DNA of 64,000 bases. It comes from Octopus vulgaris. Its lineage: Eukaryota. The stretch spans positions 15,190,001-15,254,000 of the forward strand of contig OX597833.1 in assembly GCA_951406725.2 (NCBI GenBank). Direction: 5' to 3'. Shown one piece after another: positions 41,975-54,359 of the stretch. Each line of letters opens with the position of its first letter. Within the stretch, counting starts at the first letter, position 1. A program made the position numbers and the translations under genes. The notes under the pieces are model-generated. The model did not search any database. It was not told where the DNA came from and saw only the letters and a list, made by a program, of their open reading frames with translations.

Positions 41975-42031
<57 letters not shown>

Positions 42032-42151
42032 TTGTGGACGACTAGAGTCTGGCTCTAGCAGAAAACCCTGACGAAAAATTCACACAGTGTGACTGATCCT
42101 CGAACCATGGAGTTGTGAGGCAAGACGTGTTACCATATACCCACGCTTACT

Positions 42152-42225
<74 letters not shown>

Positions 42226-42317
42226 CATATTTGTTCTATATGTATAGAATGGCACGTGTCACCGTGCTGCTTGAAGTCTGTAAGGAAAACGGGTGTCTAA
42301 CATACTCGATAATTATG

Positions 42318-42365
<48 letters not shown>

Positions 42366-42899
42366 AATACCAGGCGATATATTGTAGTCAATGTACGCGA
42401 CTAAAACTCTTGAATAACTTATCGAAACATCGCCTTCGTTAAAATGACGGAACCATTTAATAAACACAGTAAAACGTTCATTAACAAGCGGCGAATATTC
42501 TCGCCATGATATCGCTTTAGTGTTTCCGTTCGATTGCATATAATATGAATGCTATTACTGATTACTAAAGAGTTAAATGTATGAAAGATATCTGCTTATA
42601 TTGTGTCAGACAAGCGGGATATCGTGTATCAGTTTTTCTTCTTGTCAATAGCGTGATGGTTGTGATAATTGCGTTATCAACGTGTTATGCTGATATTATT
42701 GATCCAAGTTAAAAATTAATTAACCAATAATTGGATGGAAATTACATTCGCTTGGCGAGAAAATATTCTAACCGGTCTATAACACAAGTTGAGGAACTGG
42801 CAATTAAGCATGCATATATATATATATACACAGACACATGTATATTTATATGTACGTATGTAGATATATACACATACATATGTTTATATATATATATAT

Positions 42900-42905
42900 A
42901 TATAG

Positions 42906-42938
<33 letters not shown>

Positions 42939-43093
42939 TAGTTAGATAGATTAATAGATAGAAAGAGATAGTTAGATAGATAGATAGATATATAGTTAGA
43001 TAGATAGATAGATAGATAGATCGATAGTGATAGTTAGATAGATAGATAGATAGATAGGTAGATGAATAGATAGATAGATAGATAGATAGACAG

Positions 43094-43137
<44 letters not shown>

Positions 43138-43163
43138 GAGAGAGATAGTTAGATAGATAGATA
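42900..43163. repeat. (GATA)n array
   Basis: Direct inspection. Confidence 0.95.
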
Positions 43164-43636
43164 TTCACACATTACTAGATATGTTTATCTTTATCCAGAG
43201 AGATAAACACTCACACGCGTACATACATCCATGCACACATACGCAAGCGCGCACACACACACACACTCACACACACACACACACACATACACACGCACGC
43301 ATAAACATACACACTTCTATATGTATATTCGGTATTTGTATATATTTCAGCCCATATTAATGTATGGGGCGTAAGCACATGTTTGTATTGACGACGCTAA
43401 TGTTTTTGCTACGCTTCATTAGCGTATAGCAGTTTTTTAATATTATTCAGATTGTATGCACAACATTTTCTCTTGGTCCCCATTTTGTAAAGTGCCGCAA
43501 TCTTGATTTATATGGTCGGAGATATATATACACCTCTATCGTTCAGCCTATTAATGCTAATATATTTGTTCCTCACACACACAACACACACACACACACA
43601 CGTACACACACACTCACGCACATAGAGACACACACA

Positions 43637-43832
43637 TACTCTTTTACTCTTTTACTTGTTTCAGTAATTTGACTGCGGCCATGCTGGAGCATAGCCTTTA
43701 GTCGAGCAAATCGACCCCAGGAATTATTCTTTGGAAGCCTAGTACTTATTCTATCGGTCTCTTCTGCCGAACCGCTATGTTCCGAGGACGTAAACACACC
43801 AGAACCTATTGTCAAGCAATGTTGGGAGGAAA

Positions 43833-43867
<35 letters not shown>

Positions 43868-44045
43868 CATATACGTATATACGACGGTCTTCTTTCAGTT
43901 TCCGTCTACCAAATCCACTCACAAGGCTTTGGTCGGCCCGAGGCTATAGTAGAAGACACTTGGCCAAAGTGCCACGCCGTGGGACCGGACCCGGAACCAT
44001 GTAGCTGGGAAGCAAGCTACTTACCACACACCCACTCCTGCGCCT
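43637..44045 (-). mobile_element. Family A SINE, full length
   Basis: Reverse complement of family A. Confidence 0.9.
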
Positions 44046-44649
44046 AGATATATATGTATGAAATGTCTTTCCTGAGCCATACGCTCATAAGGCTGGTTTC
44101 GTGTTTGTGTTCTATGTACATGTTCTCCACCTGCTCGGAATCCCGATGGCATCGAAGGATTAGGGATTTTTGTTAGCTGAGAGGACCGGAGAAATCTGAA
44201 ACGACATGTTTGGCTCAAGAACACAATGCCCCACGCTTCTGCGAACCAAAACCAAAATCTTACAATCATGCGTGCAACAACTTGACCACTAACCCACATG
44301 ACTACCCGCCCACGATCACAGAGACACAAATAATTGATAAATCAAATAATTGATAAATCAAATAATGAGTAATAGGAGGAAAACATAATCTTTAATATTG
44401 TAGAAATAACCGGATTAGATTATCTAATTAAGGATCAATCGTCAAAGTAACTATGAAATTGAGCAGCTGCTAATGGATTCACATTCCGATGCTGAAAGGG
44501 TAATTGCACTTAATCAAAATGTACTCCTTCGTTGTCATCATTGATCACCACCAGTATTGCTAATGGACATCTGAAAGGAAGAGAGCTTACGGAGGGAGAG
44601 TCAATCAATTCAAACGAAAACTGTTGGATAAATATATATATATATATAA

Positions 44650-45150
44650 ATCCTTAAATCCTTAAAAATGTTTTAGCCCGAAGGCCGCGGCCATGCTGGG
44701 GCACCACCGCTGAATGAGCTACACTAGTTTGTGAATCCACCTCTGATACGTGGCACTTGATCAACAAGGGAGTTCGATGCTGCTGCCCGCATCCGTGTCT
44801 CCTGTCGTGAGGTAGGTTCATCTGGGACTCCCAACAAGAAGAGATCCAGTTTAATTTTAAAGAAACCCACATCCACACCATGTAAGTCTCTCAGGCATTT
44901 AGGGAGGATGTTAAAGAGCTGTGGTCCTCTGAAACCCAAGCTGTTGCAGTATCTGGACCTGTATTTTGATGGTGATGTTGAAATCCTTGGCACCACGCAG
45001 CGGCGCCCCGTTCTGCGGTTGGAGTAACTTTGAATGCCAAAGTTTGGGACAAGACCCTCCAGGATTTTCCAGATGTATATCACTGCATATCTCTCCCGCC
45101 TCCGCTCCAGGGAGAAGAGGTTTAATACCTTCAGTCTTTCCCACTAGCTG
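44650..45150 (-). mobile_element. CR1-group LINE 3' end (ORF2 C-terminus and 3' UTR)
   Basis: [68 protein letters not shown]; stop at 44724; tail (TTTAAGGA)n. Confidence 0.85.
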
Positions 45151-45232
45151 ACATTTTGCATTGAGACGATTTTCTTTGTGTAGCTTCTCTGAGTTGCTTC
45201 GAGTTCTGCTGTTTGTTTTATATTGTGTGGTG

Positions 45233-45270
<38 letters not shown>

Positions 45271-45271
45271 G

Positions 45272-45304
<33 letters not shown>

Positions 45305-45309
45305 GTATG

Positions 45310-45359
<50 letters not shown>

Positions 45360-45384
45360 TTATATATATATATATGTATGTATG

Positions 45385-45419
<35 letters not shown>

Positions 45420-45515
45420 GTATGTATATATATATATGTATGTATGTATATATATATATGTATGTATGTATATATATATATATATATGTATGTATGCATA
45501 TATATATATATATGT

Positions 45516-45546
<31 letters not shown>

Positions 45547-45565
45547 GTATATATATATATGTATG

Positions 45566-45616
<51 letters not shown>

Positions 45617-45627
45617 GTATGTATGTA

Positions 45628-45723
<96 letters not shown>

Positions 45724-45759
45724 TATATATATATATGTATGTATATATATATATATATG

Positions 45760-45804
<45 letters not shown>

Positions 45805-45825
45805 ATGGATATATATACATATATA
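45233..45825. repeat. (TA)/(TATG) microsatellite field
   Basis: Direct inspection. Confidence 0.95.
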
Positions 45826-45832
45826 GAGAAAT

Positions 45833-46191
45833 AAATAAAAAAGAGTGAAAAAACTACAGAAGGCTTGAGTTATATTGTTAAAGATTATATTTAAGTGCTT
45901 ATGTTAGAAAAATGTTATAAAATTATTTATGTTAAAAAATGTTATATAAAATTTCTCAAATTTCAGCGAAGACATGACACAATGTAGGTAAAGAAATTTG
46001 AGAAATTTGAAAAGAAAATGCCGAAAGCGGTTATTTCTCCAAAAACAATGTTACAATACGCAAAATTTTATAACATTTTTCTAACATAACGACTTAAATA
46101 TACTCTTTAACCTTATAACACAAGCCTTCTGTAGTTTTTTCACTCTTTTTATTTTGTATAAATCCAACAACGTCACGTACCAACTTTCTCA

Positions 46192-46193
<2 letters not shown>
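45833..46193 (+). mobile_element. Fold-back element in (TA)n, Penelope-like architecture
   Basis: ~90-bp imperfect inverted arms (45833-45924 / 46064-46154), ~38-bp one-sided tail, central decayed CGAAGA...GAAAGCGGTTA. Confidence 0.6.
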
Positions 46194-46228
<35 letters not shown>

Positions 46229-46377
46229 AATTCTATACTCTACCGTACCCGTATTTTGCATATTTACAAGAAAAAATTCATATATATCTATATATTAAAT
46301 TCAAATTACGATGAACTTCAACGAACTTTACTATAGAATATTTAAGATGTCTTAGAAAGTTAAAGAAGTCTTTTTAA

Positions 46378-46607
46378 ATTCTCAAACGCAGGATAATGAT
46401 GATAATATGCCCTGAACAGGATAAGGTGCCACTGCAGAAGAATTTGTAGTGTGGCCGGTTTAGCTTAACGGCTCAGAGCACCGCGACGCGTAATCACGGA
46501 GGTGTGAGTTTGCATCTCATAGCCGGCCGCTTACCCTCTTTTCCGTAATATAGGGGTACCTGATCCCGTTCAGGTTATATTATTAGTACCATCCTGCGTT
46601 TGAGAAT
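46378..46607. mobile_element. Inverted-repeat-bounded unit enclosing a tRNA-like gene
   Basis: ~55-bp imperfect inverted repeats ATTCTCAAACGCAGGAT...CCTGAAC.GGAT.AGGT / reverse complement. Confidence 0.65.
46454..46528 (+). tRNA. tRNA-like gene or pseudogene, anticodon CGT (Thr-like)
   Basis: Acceptor GCCGGTT/AGCCGGC, D stem GCTT/GAGC, anticodon stem CCGCGA/TCACGG with loop CGCGTAA, T arm GTGAG-TTTGCAT-CTCAT; TTTT about 10 nt downstream. U33 and the T-loop are non-canonical. Confidence 0.6.
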
Positions 46608-46845
46608 AAATATATATATAAAGGTAACGAGAAGACGGATTTGGTATTAGTGTTTATTTTTTCCAAAGATCGTTTCGACACATACTGCAACAGTCACTTT
46701 CGTGTGGAACTTCGTGAATTATGTTGTGTCGCATCGACTTCGCAGTCTGGATCACATCAGGTACATCCGAACCCTGCCAGTGCTTTACTCAATTTATATG
46801 TCGATTAAGACACTAACTGACATACGTCCATTTGTCCAAACGATT

Positions 46846-46995
<150 letters not shown>

Positions 46996-48144
46996 ATGAG
47001 CTAAATGCTTGAAACTGAATGAAGTTAGCGATTCTGTTACCTGCTAGAGGGTGTTAGGGATTGTTCCCCCGGAGAATCTGTCTAGGATTAAAGTAGTAGT
47101 AACATTCAACACCCACTTCGATGTCGCGACTGACTTTACTATATATGTATATATATGTAGCTATCTTTTCGTGGAAGAAGGTTTACGTTCCTATAAACTG
47201 TGTTAATTCTGTAACCCTTTAAAATGGAAGATAAGAAAGTTCATTTTCCGCACTTGATGCTTTTCTTTCTCTATAAAGGGAAAAATGCCTCGCACGCAAC
47301 CACAGAAATATCAAAATACGCCGTTCATGAGTACCTCGTAAAGCTTGGGTAATGGCAAGTATGTATTGACCTATTTCTTTCCTTTAAAAATCGACACGAA
47401 CTTCCGGACAACCCAATATTATGCTGATTAAATATGTGATGTCACCCTAAGCTTTAAAGACACTGGCGTGTATTTTGAGCTTTTTATGAAACAGTTGAAC
47501 CGGGTTCAATATCACACAATTTCACAAATAAGCTAAGAATATATTGTTAACAAATCCGACGCAAGATATTTAGCTTAAAACATTGGGCTATAGGATATGA
47601 TACACATCATGTCAAGTTATAAACGGATCTACACGTTCAAGAAAATAATGGAGTTAAAATATCGCTTTTATCCATGAGTTTTATATCGGTAAGAAAATAT
47701 GGAATCGGTTTCTCTTTTGAAATATTGTTCTTTAGACAATATTTTCTGATGTGAATATTCAACAAACACCTTTTGTCATTGTTTTTGTTGCCTTTTCATA
47801 GAAGTGTGTAATGAATGTTAAAATTTATGTTGGAGTTCTAGAACAGTGATACACATTGTAATGGTTAAGATTCCGTTTTGCTTTAAATCTTATTTTCCTT
47901 TTACAATTAAATGAAAAAGTATTGACAAACTAACAATAAATCTCTGAGCGAGGTATAAACAGCAGCAGCACGACATTGTGAAGTATATTTGTCACCTAAA
48001 TGTGGCTAACCCTTAAGGGTCGATGCTACTGTAGCTTGTAACCTCAGAGAGACATCTCCTCTAGCTGGCTATTGACACACTATCTGTGCCCCATCAGTAT
48101 TTACAAAGGGAAGACATCAATCCCTTCTCCTGCCTGACGTGATA

Positions 48145-48189
48145 CACACGGACCCGAGTTTCTGGGTATTGACCCGTCATCAGCGTGTG
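48145..48189 (-). ncRNA. Type-I minimal hammerhead ribozyme, canonical core
   Basis: CACACG-CTGATGA-C-GGGT(CAAT)ACCC-A-GAAA-CTCGGG-TC^CGTGTG: 6-bp helix I, GUC site; lies within a ~230-bp element abutting (TA)n. Confidence 0.85.
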
Positions 48190-48644
48190 ACAACCGACTG
48201 CTGTCGAAGGGAAGTGGTTCTCAATGCATATATATATATATATATATATATACTTTTTTCCAGTGACCAGAAGTCACTGATCTCGAAAAAGAAGAAAACC
48301 TGGATCACTCTTATTAATCGCCTTCTTTGTATAATCTTTGATTAGTAAACGTTTTTGAGCGACATAGGCTGCCGAAAGAACAATTACAGTTCCCTGCAGT
48401 TTTTCATTATCTGTGGGTTCTTAATTTGGGTGCATTGAAATAGCGATTGATTGTCCAAAATAGTGAGTGGACGATTAAGAGAATAGATTTATCAATTAAC
48501 ATTTTTATATCCAATTCTATAAATAAACTGTCAATTTGGATTTTCTTTACACAATCCTGCTATCGAATCACCATAAAGGGTCTTAAAAATCTAGTTTGAA
48601 ATGCTTCTCAAAGAATTACATACGAAAAGGTGGAGGAGGAGCAG

Positions 48645-48975
48645 ACCCCCATCGGTCAAGAATGACCATGAGATTGCACCTAGAAAGTTACCCTTCGAGG
48701 CACAAGTCCGGGCAAGATTGTTTGTGGAATGTCAGCAGCCGCCCATGTATATAAGCCTCGCCACACCACTGATGTTATCCAAGGGAAAGGCAAAGGGGCC
48801 GATACAGCTTAGCACCAGTGATGTCGCAACTCATTTCTACAGCTGAGTTAACTGGAGCAACGTGAAATAAACTGTCTTGCACAAGAACAGAACACACAGC
48901 CAGATCCGGGAATCGAACTCAGAAACTCACGTTCCTAAGCTCGACGCTCTAACCACTGAGTGATGCGCATTCACA
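48645..48975 (-). mobile_element. Family D tRNA-derived SINE (CORE/V-like central domain)
   Basis: tRNA-like head then TGTTCTTG.GCAAGACA.TT.ATTTCACGTTGCTCCAG; second copy at 55122-55450. Confidence 0.75.
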
Positions 48976-49486
48976 CTTACGTAAAAACGTATTCATTAAT
49001 TGTGCTTATCATTTACTGAAGCATCTCCATTTGCAACTAATTAGGTATGGTTTAATAAATACAAAGCACGATCATACAAACACGGAAACTGAAAAAGATC
49101 AGTAGCACAGCTTCAATCACCAAGTGACCACTCGAACAGGTAAAACATTTGTTTGCTTTTAAACTCATGATCGAACACTACAAATATTACGTCTTCCTTA
49201 GAGCCAAAAAAGAAAAAAAACAGGAATTCGATGTTGGTTTTATTTTTTCTCGATTATATCGAATCTAATACTTGATTAATTTTGTTTCAATCTTAGAAAT
49301 TATCCATAGGAAATATATTAAATTCTCTATTTCTATTATCTCGACATCAAAAGTTTTATTCACACTATATTATCATCGATTGAAATAGAAAGATATATAA
49401 AAGAACACTGTTTGTCTGTGGTGATATATGAGGAAGAAATTATTAAGAATATTGCTAGGAATGTCTGAAAAGATACAGGTAAGAAA

Positions 49487-49893
49487 GATACTACCCACAA
49501 GGGGATAAACACAGAGAAGCAAACAAGGACAGACAAACGGATTAAGTCGATTACATCGACCCAGTGCGTAACTGGTACTTATTTAATCGAACCTGAAAGG
49601 ATGAAAGGCAAAGTTGACCTCGGCGGAATTTGAACTCAGAACGTAACGGGAGACGAAATACCTATTTCTTTATTACCCACAAGGGGCTAAACACAGAGAG
49701 GACAAACAAGGACAGACAAACGGATTAAGTCGATTACATCGACCACAGTGCGTAACTGGTACTTATTTAATCGACCCCGAAATGATGAAAGGCAAAGTTT
49801 ACCTCGGGGGAATTTGAACTCAGAATGTAGCGGTAGACGAAATACTGCTAAGCATTTCGCCCGGCGTGCTAACGTTTCTGCCAGCCCGCCGCC
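49487..49893 (-). mobile_element. Family C SINE with duplicated 3' unit
   Basis: Two tandem body/tail units, one head. Confidence 0.85.
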
Positions 49894-50133
49894 TTATGAC
49901 GTTGACGTGAAAGAATATCTTTTAAGAAGTTGCCATTCTGATAGCAATTTGAGAGATCAATTCAATGTTTTTTTAAAGAAAGGAAATGTGCATACGCCTA
50001 GTATTTCTCTTGAGATTGTACTGCGCATATGGGGACCTTACTTTTGACTTCAAGAAGTCGTAATGCCTTCCAAGTGTTTATTTCTGTCTACTGTTTACCA
50101 ATGGTGATAGAAAATGTAAAACATTTGCTAATT

Positions 50134-50460
50134 ATGTTGTTGTATTTAGGAATGGTCATTTTGCCAGTTTAGCCCATGAAAATACACGCACTATATATTT
50201 GGTGTTAGTAAGGAGAGACACACAAATAAGAAAGAAGAAAGCAAAGGACCACTGATGAGGTCATAGAAGTGTGACGAAAGAACTCTGGCCGAAATAAGAT
50301 TAAGATTAATGTAGAAAATAAAATAAAGCTGAAGCAAATTAACACCAAATATATAGTGCGTGTGTTTTTATTGGCTAAAGTGGCAAAATGACCATTCCTA
50401 AATACACCAACATCTGTTTCAACACACGATTTCACATCAAGAATCTTGCAAAACAAATAT
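50134..50460 (+). mobile_element. Fold-back hammerhead-bearing element
   Basis: ~74-bp inverted arms 50134-50207 / 50340-50413 around a hammerhead motif. Confidence 0.8.
50246..50290 (+). ncRNA. Type-I minimal hammerhead ribozyme, canonical core
   Basis: GGACCA-CTGATGA-G-GTCAT(AGAAGT)GTGAC-GAAA-GAAC-TC^TGGCC. Confidence 0.75.
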
Positions 50461-51030
50461 ATAAACCTAATTTACTAATTATATCGTACACATTTACTAA
50501 TTATAGAGTAAACAAATTTGCTACAGTATTGAACATACGGAGAGATATGATACAAATTGCTAATTGGAAGACTTGAAAACCAATATCTTAAGGCTCTCAT
50601 ATTGGACTATCATGTTTAACTGGAGTTCCTATAAGTAGTTTTTCAGTATTTTTAGGTACCAAGCTATAATTCTCTGTATATCAATAAATCTGCATGGCGG
50701 TGCGTAATTTACCAATAATTCAGGAAGCAAATTAAATCAGTGGCGACAAACTTAATTAGTTCGTTGTCACAGTTCACCTAGGAAATCATGTGTGAATATA
50801 TTTATAGATGCCAGTGCCTCTGAGACTATATTCAGGCGACATCTATGTGTGGAAAAAAAAAACAACAACGACAACAGGAGCAACAACAATTAAAAGAAAA
50901 CGCCATATAAATATATAGGTGTGACAGTGTGCCACCTGCAGTGCTGATCCTAAGTAAATATTTTCAAGAGAGCATGAAGAATATGTTGCTAATAAAGGAC
51001 TGATATCCTCTATCTCACAATAACAACAGC

Positions 51031-51415
51031 AGTGCAGGCGCACTGGCCCAGTGGTTAGGGCAGCGGACTCGCGGTCGGAGGATCGCGTTTTCGATTCCCA
51101 GGCCGGGCGTTGTGTGTGTTTATTGAGCGAAAACACCTGAAGCTCCACGAGGCTCCAGCAGGGGGTGGTGGAGACCCCTGCTGTACTCTTTCGCTCCAGC
51201 TTTCACTCACTCTTTCTTCCTGTTTCTTGTCCCCGACTTGCTACGCAACCGCTGAGCCTGGATGCGCATCCATCCATGCGTCGATGCTCTCGGTGTCGGG
51301 GGTTGACCTGCTTTCTCTTCTGCGGGTCTTACGAATAGCAAAGGATCACGTTTCGAACTTCTCCCACTACAGACTGGGACGAAGATCGCTTCGCTCAACA
51401 AACAAACAACAACAC
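51031..51415 (+). mobile_element. Family B SINE, tail type 4
   Basis: B head and body with a distinct tail ending (CAAA/CAA)n; sister copy at 56700-57120. Confidence 0.85.
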
Positions 51416-51589
51416 CAAAGTATTGAAACCTCCAAATCCTCACGGGTAGCGACATATTCAGGGTAACTTTTGGGAAAAGTGAAAAGGCATCCGTTTGGGA
51501 AAAAAAAAGACACATGGTCTATACATGAAATTTGTCTTGCGTGCAGTTTAATTAAATGTGCCGGATACACGAGAGAAAAAGGCTTCTAA

Positions 51590-51810
51590 TCTATTATATA
51601 AAATCCGTTCTGTGTGTGTGTGTGTGTGTGTGTGTCTTGTAGGATTTCGGGCATCCTCCATCCGTGTACAAGTCTTGAAAAAATTACAAAAATCGATTCC
51701 AGGTGAGAATGCGATCGATAAAGCCGTGGTAACGTGCATTTGTACGCGCAAGTGCATCAGCTGTTGTGATGTACTTACTGGTACTTTAAACTCTTCGGTT
51801 GCATATTAGT
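51590..51810 (+). mobile_element. Possible short Helitron derivative
   Basis: A|TCTATTATATAAAATCCGTTCTGTGTG start; 3' end degenerate. Confidence 0.4.
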
Positions 51811-52196
51811 GTGAATAAAATCGTTTTTCGTTGGAATACAAAAAAAGTCTATCTTTATTTCTTCTTTTGCTGGTGTCTCAAATTTAGGTTACATCAGTGT
51901 TTCTCAAAGGGGAGCCCTATGGGACGGGCAGACAAGTTGTTTTGAGAAAATTTGGTTTAAATGTTTGACAACGCAGCACCGTCCATTGGACGGGGGGCGT
52001 TTTGCTCGTATATAGTATAAATGTAAATTACAGATTAATAAGTATGAATTTTTTTAAGAAGGTTAGCCTAAGGAAAATGAACGAAAGTTAATTAAATCTG
52101 TGATTATTTTTAAATGAATACAGGGCAGAAAGTGAAAAATTAATTTAAACAGTTTCTTCCAAGTGGTGTTTAAAGATGTACAAACTGTGGAGAGTA

Positions 52197-52366
52197 GGCC
52201 CAGGGGCGGTTGTGTGATAAGAAGCTTACTTCCCAAACATATGGTTCCTGGTTCAATCCCACTGCGTGGTACCTGGAGCAAGTGTCTTCTACTAAAGCGG
52301 ACGGACGGAAGCCTAGTGAGAGGATTTGGTAGACGGAAACTGAAACAAGCCTGTCGTATAAATGTG

Positions 52367-52406
<40 letters not shown>

Positions 52407-52553
52407 TGTGTGTGTTTGACAGCGGAGTGGACTGGAACAACGTGAAATGAAGTGTTTTGCTCAAGAACACAACGCGTCGCCCGGTCCAGGAATCGAAACC
52501 ACAATCTTACGATCATGATGCTGACACCCTAACCACTAAGTCACGCGCCTCCA
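52197..52553. mobile_element. Family A 5' half (+) joined tail-to-tail to a family D 5' part (-, 52420-52553)
   Basis: Similarity to intact copies. Confidence 0.75.
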
Positions 52554-53045
52554 CTTACATTCAGTTAGAGGAAAACTAAATACATAGAAAATTTTAAACT
52601 GAAAAATGTGTTAAAAAATGACATATCTGAGTGCAGCTCTCATATACATATTAAGTTATAAATATTTGAATACTTTTCATACATTTTGCAAAACATACAA
52701 ATACACGCATGTATATTGTGAAAAACAAGAATTTCTGCATTTGCCGCCTGATGCTTCCACGCTGCTGCTAAACTTGATTTGCAAGCTGCGAAAGCTAGAA
52801 GAAGTTACTGAAAATTTAAATGAATTAAAGCTTGATTTTAACTGACTTCCTGCAAACGTTATTTACTCTTACAGTAATTTATTTAGTAATAATTATAAAA
52901 CTGCAGTTTTCGTTAGTCCACGTGGACTACGAAATGGAAAACTCATAGATGTTACTGCAGCTGCTCGGGCGTCACTAATACTGTCACATTTGCCTGTTTA
53001 TATTTGCATTGCATTAAATCATCGTTCAACGAATGAACTAGTGAA

Positions 53046-53467
53046 GGATCTTTTCGGTTTGAACGGCAGTTTTTCCTAGCGGTGTCATATGAAATTGTCA
53101 CCCATAATCATAACCCTAGAATCGACCTATTGCATGTCAATCTCTTTTAGGGTTAGGGTTAGTTAGGGTTAGGGGTGGGGGAAGGGTATCTTTTTTTCTT
53201 CACAAATGTAAATAAACCCAATCTGTTTCTTAAACGAGGGACATATTCATACGGCACAGAATGCATTTTAACTCAATAGAGTCACTGATAGTTTGAAATT
53301 GCAGAAATTGAAGAAAAAACAACAAATATCTTACAAACTATAGAATTTTCTCAAAAAAACAAGAGAAAAAGATGTTTTATAAATACATTCTACCAGTATA
53401 CGAAGTTTAAAATTTTTTAGTTACCTAGAAATTATGTTAAAAACTGCCGTTCAAACCGAAAAGATCC
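53046..53467. mobile_element. MITE with 28-bp perfect TIRs, ~8-bp TSD and internal TTAGGG repeats
   Basis: TIR GGATCTTTTCGGTTTGAACGGCAGTTTT; flanks CTAGTGAA / CTAGTGAC. Confidence 0.9.
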
Positions 53468-54359
53468 CTAGTGACTTTTGTACTACGATTCTCCTGTTTT
53501 CTATTCTTCCGAAAGGTGCTATAGACTAAAATATTTTCACCTGCGAAATCATTATGATTTCGCTATTCGCACAGGATTGGCAAACGATGTCGTTCGAATA
53601 TCTATTAAGTCCTGAACGCCGGCGAATTGGCAGAGTCGTTAGCACGTCAAGCAAATGTTTTGCGGTATTTCATCCGTTTTCACATTTTGAGTTCAAATCC
53701 CTCCGAAATCAACTTTCCATTCTATCTTTTGAATCGATAAATTATGTACCAGACTTAATCTTTCTTTCAACTTACTGACCTTGTGACAAAATTGAAAGCC
53801 AACATCTCTTATGGCCTGAAAAATTGAACTTCTGCGCTTGTAATTCAAAACTAACGGGTATACTAGTAGACGAAACATTTGCTTTGATTTCAATCATAAA
53901 GAACCCCTTTGCTTCGAAATATTAAATAGATTCGTATATATATGATTCTTTATTCCCATTTGAAAATCCGTAAACAGCTGTCACCGAAGCGGTAAGAGAC
54001 GACGTTTTGAAAACTGAAACATCCTAATTATAGTATAATTATATTTCGTGAATTGTCACAGGTGCATTCTGCCCCATAGTCACACCTCAAGATTATTAAT
54101 CAGCGGTATAGATCGTTTCAAAAATAAGGAAAATGCACAAGTCAAGTTCTAAATGTTTGCAAGTATCTAAACAACCCGAGAAAATACTTATCCTCCCTGA
54201 GACACGACTCTGTGTAACGTCAATATTGAACAACAAAATCATTGATTTAACCCCACTTCGAACACCTCTTAAGGGAGTTCATAGGCACTAATTGTTCCGA
54301 AAATTTACTCATCGAAAATATAATATGGGACTGGTCATGAAAATCTATATGAACAGGAT

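Larger units (their letters stand above)
38557..41982 (-). mobile_element. 5'-truncated Penelope-like element with inverted pseudo-LTRs
   Basis: ~780-810-bp near-identical inverted arms (38592-39365 / 41167-41982), a GIY-YIG frame between them, a ~35-bp tail on one arm, hammerhead motif in both arms, flanked by (TA)n. Confidence 0.9.

Noticed and set aside
53147-53174. Telomere or chromosome-fusion relic
   Set aside because: Only about four units, and they lie inside a TIR-bounded MITE.
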